Below the pieces are notes generated by a model. That model saw only the letters and a program-made list of their open reading frames with translations. It searched no databases and was not told where the DNA came from. A stretch of 63,992 bases of DNA, counting the filler, from Intoshia linei (lineage: Eukaryota > Animalia > Orthonectida), in NCBI GenBank assembly GCA_001642005.1. It is 3 parts of 3 records of this genome, joined end to end, with 100 filler letters (N's around TTAATTAATTAA, not from the genome) between each part and the next. Parts side by side here need not be neighbours in the genome. Positions count along the whole stretch, not along the records: positions 1 to 28,743 come from LWCA01000411.1; positions 28,844 to 45,942 come from LWCA01000823.1; 1 more part is not named here. One strand, 5' to 3'. Shown here piece after piece: positions 25,951 through 39,483 of the stretch. A program made the position numbers and the translations under genes. Numbering within the stretch: position 1 is the first letter of the stretch; every line of letters starts with the position of its first letter.

Positions 25951-26963
25951 ATGCTGTTTTTTATTATCATTATTTTATATATTGTATACTATATTTTTAT
26001 TGAAAAATATAGCTTCACGGCCATTTTGGCGACTTGTTGAAGCGAGATAATACAAGTATAGAAAGTGGAGATCACATTGCAAATGACGGTTAAAATAATT
26101 GTTTAAAATTGATTCAAAATATTTAGAAACTTCAGACAATGGAATTTCAGTACCCATGCAAATAAAACTAATATTTGAAAAAAGACGAAAGAACAAAAAT
26201 AGCATAGAGAATCAGAACTATGGAAATGGAATTGGAAAAAATAAAAAAAATCATAGAGAAGGTAAAGGAAAGGGCAAAAACCGTAAACAGAAAGGTAAAA
26301 AGCATACAGGAAAAGGTGGAAGAAAAAATCACCCAGAGAAACAAAAAGATAAATTTGATATGGCTGAATTTGAATCGATTCCAAAAAAGATTACTGACGA
26401 TGGCATTAATGAGTTTGGGAAACTGTCTCAACTGACACAACTTACACTTGAATCTGAAAATGAGAACGAAGATGGTCTTATAAATGCAGAGTATGATGAC
26501 GAAATTTGCCCCAAATCAATTAAAAACCAAAATAAAATTTTGCATAGTAATAAATGGATGATATCAATATATAATATAATACACTAGAGCAGGGGTCCTT
26601 TTCCTTTTGCCCGCGATGAAATTTAAGTTTTTATGAAAAAAATTTTCGGTTATTATCAAATGTATTGTAACATTGAATGTATAGTATACATTGTTCGGAT
26701 TAAAAAGTATTATATTATATTTAAATATTATTATTTAAATATAATATATACATGTAATGATGTAATGCGCCACCTCTGGTCTAAGGGTTAACAGTATGTA
26801 ATTTCAAAAAATATATAAAATAAGGTATTGATATTGATATATTTAGAGGTTGGAAAGAAGAAATTGAAACGAGCAGGTCGATCTATACATAATAGTTTCA
26901 AGAAGAATGGAAAAAAATTGCATAAATTTGTGGAATATGTAAACAATATTGATCCAATACAAA
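25951..26963 (+). CDS. Orphan secreted protein with a Lys/Gly-rich basic tract and an acidic tract; 3' end uncertain
   Basis: Exons 25951-25983 (MLFFIIIILYI), 26013-26088 (LHGHFGDLLKR...) and 26127 onward (ORF 26099-26587). An in-phase further exon at 26847-26963 is probable. The 29- and 38-nt GT-AG introns keep frame. Confidence 0.6.
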
Positions 26964-27759
26964 GTAATTTTTTCAATTTATGATTTATGACATACATATT
27001 AGCTATTTAGTTTATTTCTTCCATATAAACTAAAAGTGATAGTACGTATTTTTCTAACAACTTTAATTAAATCTGTCTTATTTGTATATCAATGCAGATT
27101 CTGCATGCAATAAATTATTCTAAATAAAATAAATAAATATAAAGTAATTATTCTTGCACTGCCGTGCATAGAAAGTTAATTGATGTTCTCATATGAACCA
27201 ATGAAAATGAAGAATTCTTCTCGATAAATTAAAATAATATATATGTAAATATTATATAATAAATATTGTCGTATACCAAGATGTTACGTATACTAAGATG
27301 TTACATATCATGTTTCTATTGTGACAACAATAAAACTAAAACATTTATTTATTTGATCACATTTAATTAACATTTCACAATATCACTCAATGGTGTGCAA
27401 ATTGTTTTTCAAAGCATTTCAAGATATTGCAATTATTGCAATAATTTTTCCAATAATCCAATATTCAATAATTTTTATCTTAAACATAAACTAAGATATT
27501 TTATAATGATAATATGCGTTATTGGGTATTTGCTGTTTGTATAATTTTTATAATTTAAGTTATATAATTATTAATTATATACATTATGATGTTATAAATA
27601 ATTAATTATTATATTGTTATTCGTTATTTCTATTTAGAGTAAGCAGATGACGAAAATTATAATTAATAGTAAAAAAATGATGTAAGATATGAAAAATATA
27701 TTTACATGCATGAATTACCATAATTTACGATTATAATTTAAATATAAAATATTCTCCAA

Positions 27760-29090
27760 TGTTTCAGGGGTCATTCCTTGTCTCCGGTCTGTGAGAACTA
27801 GCTTGGCTTTACTGAAAAACCGTTCAGCAATATTGAATGTTGGAATGTAATCAATATTAATGTCATATCATAATCAATCGGTACATTTTTACATTTCTTG
27901 GATTTATTTAAGGCTATATAGGGCTTTAGCGTTACTATATCATCATTTTCATCGCTTGTTAGATCGACTGAATTTAGGAAATTATTTACACTTAGACTCT
28001 CATTCAGTGTCAATAATTCCATTTTTTGTATTTTTATTGGAGCATTTTCAAAAATAAGACATTCTACAATTTTTGAATCATTCGCTAAATAACGTTTCAT
28101 TTCAGGGTAAATTTCAATTAAATAATCAAAAATATCTCTAACCATACACATTGTGAGTTTACTATCTTTAATTTTAGAGTAACAGTATTCAATTCAGTTA
28201 ATGATTTGAAGAATTCCAAAATTTCATCATTTTCATTAGGATTAAACAGAAAATTTATCAAACCAGAATTGTATAATTTTTCATTGGAAATATCATTCAA
28301 AGGCTCTATTATTCTACTATATCGCTCTATCATTTGATAACAACTATTCCAGGGAGTTTCATTCATTATAATTGCTTTTAGGTGTGTGTATTTTTTCAAT
28401 AAGGCACGGCATTTTATTGTGGATAATTTTTTCATCATTTTTAGTATTTTATCAATTAATACCTTTTTGTTTTGTAAAAAAAATTCATTGCCAAATTAAA
28501 TCTGTAACTGCAACAACCCAAAAAAGGTATTAACAATTTCTTTGCAATACTTTTGTTGGTTGAGCAATTACCACCAACTAAAAAAATTATATTCTTAATT
28601 GTTTTGTTGTACTTTTTCACTGCTTCTGATAAAAATTCAATATGGCTACAAGCAGACAAGTTTTCTTCGTCAGTTAGAGGTGAAAATGACAACAGTATTG
28701 GCGATAGATGAGAATCAAACACAGCAAAACAACTAACGAAATGNNNNNNNNNNNNNNNNNNNNNNNNNNNNNNNNNNNNNNNNNNNNTTAATTAATTAAN
28801 NNNNNNNNNNNNNNNNNNNNNNNNNNNNNNNNNNNNNNNNNNNTATTTGTATCTTTATAATTTGGATTCACTTTCATTCCATGCATTCATACATAACTAA
28901 TGACCATATGAGCTTTTATCCAAAATATTTGTCAAAGTGGACGTTTTTAATGTGCGATTCGACATACAATTTTAAACTTAGTTTGTGTATAACAAAATAT
29001 TTTTTTATAAATTGGTACCACGAAACTTCTTTACAAAGGGTTTATCAAAATGGTTTTATTTTTTAAGATTTTATGATAAATTTAAACGGT
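27760..29090 (-). mobile_element. hAT transposase pseudogene (frameshifts, assembly gap)
   Basis: LLSFSPLTDEENLSA, LVGGNCSTN (D-N motif), GCCSYRFNLAM (C..H..NL) and TPWNSCYQMIERY (TRWNS) spread across three ORFs. Boundaries are approximate. Confidence 0.8.
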
Positions 29091-30972
29091 TGACAAAGCA
29101 TTTAATGGTCTCAGTTTTCGAAGCGGCTATTTTTATTATAATATAAAATAGGGAGTTTATTTAAATAAGATGGAATTACGAAAAAAATATTATAATAACG
29201 AAACACTTAAAATATGTAAATTAGAATTATATTGGCAACCCTCACAATAATTTGGTAACAGATATAATATTCAAATTTCCCTTCAAAATCTGTCATGAAA
29301 TTACTGTTATAAATGGTCATATCTGCTATATCATTATCGAAAAATGTGCAATTAAGAATTTTATCATGAAAAAAAATTTCCCGAATATATTGTGAACGAT
29401 TAATTTAACTATTGCTTCTTAAAAATGACTTAAAAGTTATTTTAAGAAAAAATATCTAATAAATTTTGGTATATTATGGAATCTCTGTATTGACCATATT
29501 TATTGCAAACATGACTTTATTCAATGCAAAAATGATTAACAAGATCGTGAATGTCTTAAATGAATTTATTATATTGTAAATACCTAGAATTCAATAAATT
29601 AAATCGTTAATAAAATCCAAAAAAATTGAGCTAGAAACAAATTTAAAAAAATAAACTGTATAACTAAACATGGAGAACAGTATTATAAAGGCAGTACCAC
29701 GTTTAAAAGCTCAAATGCCGATTTCCGTTAAAATAAAGTTCAGTTTTAATTTCTTCATAATATTTATAGTGATATTTAAAATGACAAACGCAACTCGAAT
29801 AGATAGCGTTAAATATTTTTGATTGCGAATTAGTTTTTCTATTTTAAAAATACACACTTTTAGTGCTAATTGCCTTTGATTTTTTGATGGGTGTGAAACC
29901 CTAATGTACACTATATCTATAAAAAATGTAATATTTAAAAAATGAATACTAAGTATTGTATTTATTATAATTAGATTAAATGCTACATAATGTTATATAT
30001 TGTACTGTGCAACAATATTATACTTTGATATAATTGCACTATGCAATGTACTATATGAGTATATATGAAATGGTAGGAATTATGTAAGAACGTGGATGAG
30101 AATATATATAAAAGTAATAACATTAAATCTAAATTAATTAAATTAAATTGAATCTACAAATGTACATTAAAAATTAAATTAGTGTTTTGCAAAGTTTTTG
30201 TGTATATTTTACACGTATATTAGGAGTGTCAATTTTGTTCACTTTTTTGCGAAAATACAAAAGTGCCACCCCATACGTGGAAGATGGGGTTCAATTATAC
30301 ATAATAATCAAAAAATTATATAAAAAAGATTAAAAAAACCCTTGGGAAAAGCACTTCAAAATATGAATAATGAGCAAAATTTAATATATTTTGTATAGTA
30401 AATTTTATAATAATAATTATTTTCATAACAATTAATTTTCAATTTATATTTTTATTTATTCAGTTTTCTCATTGGAATCGGTTTTTTTATCAATTCGGGG
30501 TTCATGATTCGCTAAACGATAATTTTGCGCATTTTTATGGTTATTTGTATAAAAAATTTTATATTTAAAATTTTAATTTTAAGAAAATTGTCATATATAT
30601 TAGTTAATGAGAGCGATATATTGTTCAAAACTTTAGAGGCGATGCCTCAAGGTTTTTTTAACAGTTAAGAGGTAAGATTGAGTCCAAATTGAATATTTTC
30701 AAAATGTTCATATGGTGGAAGGGTGCACTTTTGGGTTTTTGACCCTTAAGATGTGAAATTGGGAGGTTGAAATTTATCTTATTATACCCCTAGGAAAAAA
30801 CTGCAATCGAAATGTGGTCTTTAAAAAATTCTAAGAGTGCTATTTATTTCAAAAAAGTAACACACACAAACAAAAATCGCGTCGCATTTTATATAAGTTA
30901 GGATATATGAATAAAAAAAATTTTTTTTCCCGGTTCTCGATTTTTGTCCTTTCCCGGGAAATCACAATCACT

Positions 30973-31053
30973 AGTATTCTCTCTAACTCTCTATTCTTGG
31001 GATTTAGAAAAAGTTGACGAGATAGAAAATTGGCGAATTGTGGAGAGAATACT
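30973..31053. mobile_element. ~80-bp pogo/Tigger-type MITE; related partial copy at ~34257-34320
   Basis: Inverted termini AGTATTCTCTC...GAGAGAATACTG followed by TA. Confidence 0.55.
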
Positions 31054-31662
31054 GTATTTAATTGTATAAGATTGAATACCTGTGTTACCGTATATTTAAA
31101 AAATTTAAAAGTTGTCGAATTTAAAAAAACATATTTCTAATAGTTATTCGTAGGGATATTTAGTTTAATTTAATTTTTAAATATAATTATCTAATCTAAA
31201 ACGTGAAAAAAATGCATTTAAAATATAGAATAGTTAAATTTATTGATTTAAACTAGATGGATAATATTAATTCTATTATTTAAAAAATGTAATTTAAAGA
31301 TGGTAAATTAGATATCGATTTGAATGAAGTTTGTCTTAAGTAAAAATATTAATGAATTTAAATATTTTCAAGAAATAACATTGATATAAAAATTGTTAAT
31401 ACGAAAATGAATTGATTTCCAATAAGTTGAATTTTTTTAGTCAAAATAGGATTTTTTTTAAATGCACACATGTTATAACATACTAATTATCGGTAATTAT
31501 CGATAGAGACCATTAAAAAATGATTAGAATGAGATTGTATTTATTAATGTTACAAAGTCTAAATCTTAATGTGGAATAGTTATTTAAAATAAACAAAATA
31601 TTCAAAATTCAAAAAATATTTACGATTATTTTTAGTTTATATACATTTAAAATTTAGAAACA

Positions 31663-34600
31663 ATGTATAGCAATAAATCAAATGTCCAAGTTAATACTAG
31701 GATTGTATCTACAAATTATACATTAAGTGAAATTTTACCAAACGATTCTTGTCTATTGTATACGTTTATTGCCCATGGGGTGATTATTGGAGTTTTGAGT
31801 ATCATTGGATTAATTGCAAACAGTCTCATTTATTTAACATTTAGAAGAGAACATAAAAAAACATCTACAACGATAATTTTCATGGCTTTGGCCGTATTTG
31901 ATAATATCTTACTCTTGAGTAGTATATTTATATATACTTTACCGTCTACAGTTGAATATTTCAAAATTACCAACTATATGGTCATTTATTACATGACTCC
32001 CATCTTTAATTTCATATTTCACAGTATTTCTCTTACTGCCCAAACTACATCAATATGGTTAACTGTTCTAGTATGTCTTTATCGATATGGTAATTATTAA
32101 TCATTACAAATAAAGGTTTTTAATATAATAGGCATCAAACGATACCGATAAATTTTCTTTTTAATATATACAACTTTAGATTCAACTGCAACATGTATAA
32201 AACTATATAATTAATTTATTGACAAATCCAAGTTTCATGTATAATATGATGAGATTAAATCAGAATCTTTACAATGTAAGGGGAATTTAAAGATAATATA
32301 GAAAAGTTTCATTTTAAATTGGTAAAAAATATTTGTTCGATTATTATGGTTGGTTAAATTTAAATACATGTATATTTATTTACATACATCGATATAATTT
32401 ATTATTAATAAATAACTACATTTGTAGTAATTTGGAATTTTTAATTTAATTTTCAAAAAATAACGTGTTGTAATCAATAGTAAGAACATTAATTGGATTT
32501 TACAAGTTCAATTCTCTTCAAAGTTTTATATTTTGACATATGATCGGTAAATAATTTAAAATTAGAAGCGAATTAATTATTCTTAAAATTATTGATTCAG
32601 ATTTTGATATTATTATACATGTAACATATCGGAATAAATATAGACCAGATTTTAGACTTAAAATTTATTATTTCGAGTACAATGTAAATTACACAATTTA
32701 TAATGTCATTTCTGTTTGCTGATAATATTTAATATATTGACATGTAATGATGTTGCAAACTATTGTAAATTTGAATAACGGGACAATAAATTTTAAAATT
32801 ACGAATTATATTATTATGCACGTTGCAAAAAAAATTAAGAAATACAATAAGAAATGTATGTTTTAACTCTTAGAAAATAAAAAATTTATTTTTTTAATCT
32901 TTACATCAGACTCCCGACCATTTTCACTGATGGGCACATTTTATAATTTTAATAGTTTCGTTGGTATATAATTGATGACAATGTCTGCGTTACCGTTTAA
33001 TTAAACAATTAAGCGTCCTAATTTAAAAAAAACCAATTTCTAATCCATTTTTTCGAGAGTGATGTTTTATCGCAAATTTTATTATCTGAAATTGAGGCCA
33101 ATAGGGTTAAAAATCTAAATGAACCCTATCTTCGTCTTTTTAAATTAACAGACTATTAGACTTTTAAAAAACATACAAACTGTGACAGTTTTTATATAAT
33201 TTTTACTTTTTCAAGCACAGAAGAAATAAACAGAATAATAACTCTTTTGACCATTCCGAAAGCAAATAATTAACCTTATTCCATCATGATGTAAAAAATA
33301 CTTTGATTATTTGTAACCGTTAGCGAAAAATTTTACTTTTAGCAGCCGAGAGCAGAAAAATCACTATTAACAGTTAATACTTACTATCCTTACTTTATAT
33401 TATAAAATGATATTATATTAAAAATGTATGTCTATTTATTTGTTCCAGTTTATTTAAGAAAGTAAGTTTTACAAATTTCATATTCTTATAACAGTTTTTA
33501 CAGAGTGATGTTTTATCGCAAATTTCAATTTCAGAAATTGAGTCCTTCAAGGTCAATTACCCAATTTTCCTTTGTTTTTAAATTCAAACCCCTCTTACAA
33601 TTATAAAAAATACACATAATAAAAAATTTAAATTCATCAATATTATGATAATTTTATAATTCAAACCTTATATCTTCACGGTCAAAACCACAAATTACCC
33701 TTTTTTGTAGAAATTAAGAAAGTCATAGAATTTTATACAATATAAATTCTCAGATGGTTTTTAAATTCATAAGATTTATCATAAATGATAACCTCAAAAA
33801 AGGTAAATTTCACGGTCACAGAAACAGGTCAAATAAAGACAGATTACCCTTTTTTTTTAAAATGAAAACAGCCCTAGAATTTAAAAAAAAATTACAAGTG
33901 GTAGAGTTATATCCAGTTAACACACACAAAAAATTTCAATCTGATGAAGTCATGCCTTCATGGTCAAAAAAGCACTTTAGTATTCTTTTTATTAACAAAA
34001 ATGTATAACAAAAAATTTTAAATAATTAACGTTCGTATAATTAAAAAAAAAGAAAGATTATTCTGATACAGCTTATTCCAGTTGATATAAATACAAAATT
34101 TCAATTCCAGTAATCTACGCATTCACGGTGAAAAATAATTTTTAATATATTATCTACCAATATTTTTCAAATGTTGGATTAAAATTAAAAATTAAAAAAT
34201 CATTCTACAAGGAAAAAAGTGCCTTGAATGTCTAAAAGCATTTCATACATGTTATACAGTATTCTCTCTATAACTCGCCATTCTTTGGATTTAAAAAAAG
34301 TTGGCGATATAGAGAATTTAAAACAATAGATCAGATACATCGACATCACGATTACATCAGATAAAATTTAAAGGTTATTTAAAATAAAATGTAAATTGTA
34401 ATACAAAATAACAACTAAAATTGTACTTATATTTTGAAAAATGCTTTTAAAATTTTAGTTTATATTTTAAATTAATGTAGTAAGACTATAAGTACGTTAT
34501 TTTATAAAAAATACGTTATTGGCACAGTCAGTTTGTCACAAAATAAACTAGTATCCTTATGGATACTATAAAAAGAACCTGATTTATTATACATTCATTA

Positions 34601-37600
34601 TCAACTTGTCAAAAACTTATAAAACTATTTAAAAGCGTTAATAATACATCTATACCTTACTAAATAGACTCAATTCATTACAGATTGAATCATTAATTTC
34701 TGCTATCAAACTGGGCTTTTTATCCTCGTCTATTCCAATTTTTCTTATCTCAAATACTCTCATACTCAACACAATAGTCAAGCTCAAAAATTTTTTGCAC
34801 AATGAGCATGCTCAACACATTGAGTTTTGTGCCACCTCTAATTAAATGAGTTTTTTACGCCTTATGCAGTGTTGCCAAAAATTAGTATTTTTAAAACTCT
34901 GAATCCTGAATTTGTTAGATAAATTGGAATAAACAGACATAAATATTACTAACAATTACTTTATAATATACAATCTAATAATTACATTTTGATCGAATGA
35001 TTTTTTATAATCTTTAAGATTCGAAAATTTAGAAAAATCGACTAACATTTGTATACATTTACAGTCAACGAAAGTTTCGAAAATTATTATAAAAATTAAT
35101 TAATGATAATATAAAAAGATAAAAAAACAAGATAATCAATTTACACTTTAAAAAAAAAAACTTTTCGAATTTGTGGGATCTTTAGAATCAATAGAAATAT
35201 CTATGATAATTCTTATGGTTATATATTTTTTAAATAATTCTAACTCATCTAATAATCGGGATGGGTCACATTTGCCAGATTGAAAATTTTTATTTATATT
35301 TTCAAACGCTCGGACAATAGGGTTTAAAAAATAAAATATAAATAATTCGTGTTATTAAATAGGTTAAGTAGATTCTCAGCGCAAGAAAATGTTTGATCGG
35401 TAATGTTAAGACCCAAATATGTCTTTATTACGTCCCATTGATCTATTGTTATTTTAATTGCGGACGACCTAACCAATCACCTCGTCTTACTTATTGGTAT
35501 AAACCTCAAAGGAGAGCGTTATTCGTTAATAATCATTTATAAATTTTTATATTCGTTGAATCTCAGAGGCGATTTAAAAAAATTGAAAGTTTCACGAATA
35601 ATAAAATTTATATCACCTGGAATGACGGCGAATGCGTAACTACAAGCTAAATGTAATGAATGACATATACATTTAACAAGTACGAGGTTTGGATTAGTCA
35701 TTGTGCCGGAAAAAATTCCCCAGGATTTCTCGAAAAAAATTAAAACATAAAGTCAACCCTCTATAAGATGAACCCTCTATAACGTGAACTTCTCTAATAA
35801 TGAACAACAAAAAAAATTTGTTATAGTTTACTCTGAAAAAAGTAAATGAATCGTGAACATTCTACTACGTGAACGATGAACATGATTTATATAAATTAAA
35901 GTGAAGTTCTAATTGTTATTCACAATTATTTTATACAAAACGTGCTTTTCGAAAAATTTTTATTTCTGGAACATGAACAAAGAAAGTTTAAAAAAATAGA
36001 AGAAAAAATTTAACTGCATCTACAAAGAAAGAACTAATTTGTTTGTTTGCTGAAGACAATGGTAGTACACAGCGTTTTCTTGCTTCTAAACACAATGTAT
36101 CTTTAGGTTAGTTATTTAATTTATATAATAATTCATAATATGACCTTTAAATGTACTTTTATTATTTATTTTTAGGCTTCGTGAATAAATTATTATCAAA
36201 TCGTGAACGTATTTTAAATGATAATGATAATGCGAGCCAAAAGAGAAAACCTGTTCTTAAAAAAACACCAAATTGATTCGATTTTATACGAATGGTTTAA
36301 AAGGCAAAGAACCAATAATATAACCATTAGTGGTGACGTATTGCAGTATAAAGCTTTACAATTAGCTGACCAATTCAATGTGGATAATTTTAAGGCTTCA
36401 AATGGTTGCAAAAGTTTTTATATCAAGACGCATGATTTCATCTTACAAAATTCTTGGTAATTCCAAAACTGTGAACAAAGATTTGATTATTGATTTTAAA
36501 AGTGCACTCGTCAATAAAATGTCTATGTATGATGAACAAAACATCTTCAATTGTGACGAAACGGGTCTATTCTTCAAAAATAGCAGTAATAGAACTTATG
36601 TATTCTCAAAAGAGGACAAAGCCAGTGGTAAAGTGTTTAAAGAAAGATTAACTATATTATTTACAGTTAGTATGACTGGCGAAAAATTGAAACCTCTTAT
36701 TATTGGAGTTTCTAAAAAACCAAGATGCTTTAAAAATATAAATATGAAGGAATTGGCAGTCACATACGTTAATAATTCTAAAAGTTGGATGACTTCCATG
36801 TTATTTCTGGATTGGTTAATATGTGTCAATAATTTAATAATTTCTATGGATCGCAAAATCCTGTTATTATTAGATAATGCACCAATACACCCCAAAGATG
36901 TACAATTTAAAAATATAGAGTTGTTCTATCTTCCACCTAATACAACTTCTCTTACGCAACCGCTAGATCAAGGCATTATTAAGTGTTTTAAAGATCATTA
37001 TAAAAAACAACTATTGTCATGTCTCAATTTTAAATTGGAATACACCCTCGATTTTAACCAAGATGACTACTGTAAAAAAATAAATTACTATCAAGTTATT
37101 ATATGGATCATAAAAGCATGGGACCAAGTATCAACAAAATGCATCACAAATTGCTTTCATAAAGCAATGGAAAATTGTCAAATTGATTTTAATAATAACA
37201 TAAAAGAGTAAATTGATAATGAAATCTTACGTGAATTTCCTTCATATGATATTGAAGATGATTCTCAATTTTTAAATACAATAACCATTGAAAAAAATAA
37301 TACATATTAAGAAAATCAAATAATGTCTGAACTTGAAGGTCCAGAAATCTTACCTGTTACTCATTATGAAGCTAATTATCATGCTAAAAAATTAGAAGCA
37401 TTTTTTGATTCATAATACAGAAAAATTATCCAGTGTATGGACTTTAATGCAGGAAATAAAGTCTGAAAAATTGCCAAGATCATCAAAAATAATTGATTAC
37501 TTTGGTTCTACTAAAGAAAGAAAAAAATGAATTGATATAATTATTATAATGTTTATTATTTATCTTTATCTTTGTAAAATTAATAAATAAGTTATATATT

Positions 37601-39483
37601 TTTTTGTGAATTGTTATACTATCAACTTTAATTTTACGGTTATTATGTAAATAAATTTTTTGTTCATCATTTCTACAATCATGAACACTCAAATATTCGA
37701 GTCCCAAATGTTGACTTAGTAGAGGGTTTATTGTACCTGTATTTGATTTATGTTCGTTATTACTATGAAAATATGATTATATTATAATATTTAAAATTTA
37801 CCATTTCAAAAATCCCACCACTAATAAAATTTAATCAAAAATACCATTGCAAGCCCTCATGTTAAAAATTGTTTTACACCGATATTCTTTTCAAAAATCC
37901 GATTTTACCAAATCTTATGAAAAAAATCCACTTCATCAAACCACAAATAAAAAATCTAATTTACCAGCCCTGAATGGAAAAATATCCTTTTTTAAATATT
38001 TTTTTTAAAAACCTCTTATTTCAACCACAAATTACTAACGCTTAAGGGAATTATTCTCTTTTTCCAATATTATGAGTTGTTACGAACTGGAACGCTATCA
38101 TCAAGATTGTTAAAATTAAGAAAAGGCCTTATGATCGTTCAACCTACTTCAACACAAAATGAATAATACTGATATTATTGTTTATATTTTCTATTAACAT
38201 TTACTACGGGAAAATATGGCAACCAATGTAGTTTATAATTGTGTTCATGTTGGTGCACTATCAAAAGATCGTAAATCAAAATATCGTAAAAATATAGTAT
38301 TATTAGAATTTATAATTGAATTGGATAATAAAATATTCTTGGTTTGTAGGTATAATATGGTATCTTAATATTTCAGTTTTAACTTGGGTCTGTAAATTTA
38401 CAATCAAGTATCATCATATATTAAAATTAATATTAAGTAAGATTATAAAATTCCATATTTTGATCTACGATCATTTGAACCGGTACGGTTCATGTTACAC
38501 GAATCATTTATAAAATGTTTACTGTATTTACATGTGTATGTTAGGAATATTAATCTAAAAAAAACTTTTTAGTTGCAGTTTGTTTCCCATTCAAAAGACA
38601 CTTAATATCGGACATAAGCAAAACAAAATGTCACTTAATTACGACGATAATAATATCAATACTATACAATTTACCTCACTTCTTTTCAAGAAAAATAAAA
38701 TACGTTCAACACTTTACCAATAAATTTAAACTAAACATATTAAACGTACAACTAACAACATTGGGTGCAAGTGAAATATACCAACTGTATTACAAAAATA
38801 TATTATACTTTATAATAATTTTATTTATCCCTTTAATAATACTGATAATAATTGACATTCGATTAATATGGAAATTGAGACAATTAAAGAAAAAACAATG
38901 GAATAAAAACAAATCTCAAAAAGGTCACATTACATCTACCGTAAGTTGTAAAAGCGAAATTACAAGCATGTTAATAAAAACCAATTTACCTGAAAATAAT
39001 TCCTGCATAGAATATTTGAATAGTGAATCACATGGAAATGATTACTTCGATGGTAAAGATTCATTCAACCGTAATAGTGTATCAAAATCTATATTTAAGT
39101 ATAAAAAAAAATGCGTGAAACCAAATACAATAGATGAATCCATTAATTTAACATCATCACAAGGTAAAAGAAAGAAACCTAAAGTTTTCAATTCAAATAT
39201 AACGATCGTATTGATATTGGTCATATTGTTATTCATCATTTGTCAATTGCCATCTGTTATCAACAAAGTATTTTGGTATTCCTGGTGTGATGTAATGCGA
39301 CGATGTGGATATTTTCAATACTATTATAGTAAACTCAGTAATACCCTCGTTGTACTTAATAGTAGTGTCAATTTTTTCGTTTATGTCAAATACAATACTA
39401 AATTCAGACTTAATTTGTATGCATCATTTTCAAATAAATGTGTAAAATTTTATTTTCAATATTTAAGGTCGCAGTTCTTTTAA
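31663..39483 (+). CDS. Class A (rhodopsin-like) peptide GPCR, FMRFamide-receptor-like; 2 exons (31663-32089, 38573-39483)
   Basis: TM1 IGLIAN, TM2 LAVFDNILL, TM3 QTTSIWLTVLVCLYRY|VAVCFP, TM4 SILYNLPHFF, TM6 LFIICQLP, TM7 NTLVVLNSSVNFFVY..NTKFR. Phase-1 GT-AG intron of ~6.5 kb. Confidence 0.92.
35750..37733 (+). mobile_element. pogo/Tigger DNA transposon (DD30D), near full length, frameshifted
   Basis: TA TSD. TIRs AAGTCAACCCTCTA / TAGAGGGTTTATTG. CENP-B-type HTHs (EWFKRQR, FKASNG); NCDETGL, LLLLDNAPIH, QPLDQGII with 30 residues between the second and third Asp. Candidate intron 36107-36176. Confidence 0.92.

Noticed and set aside
28744-28843. TTAATTAATTAA palindrome embedded in N runs (also 45943-46042)
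   Set aside because: An identical all-frame-stop spacer in two gaps is an assembly/scaffolding artefact, not biology.
34520-35640. Mixed-composition stretches in the GPCR intron that might be coding remnants
   Set aside because: Frequent stops in the frames examined and no recognisable motif.
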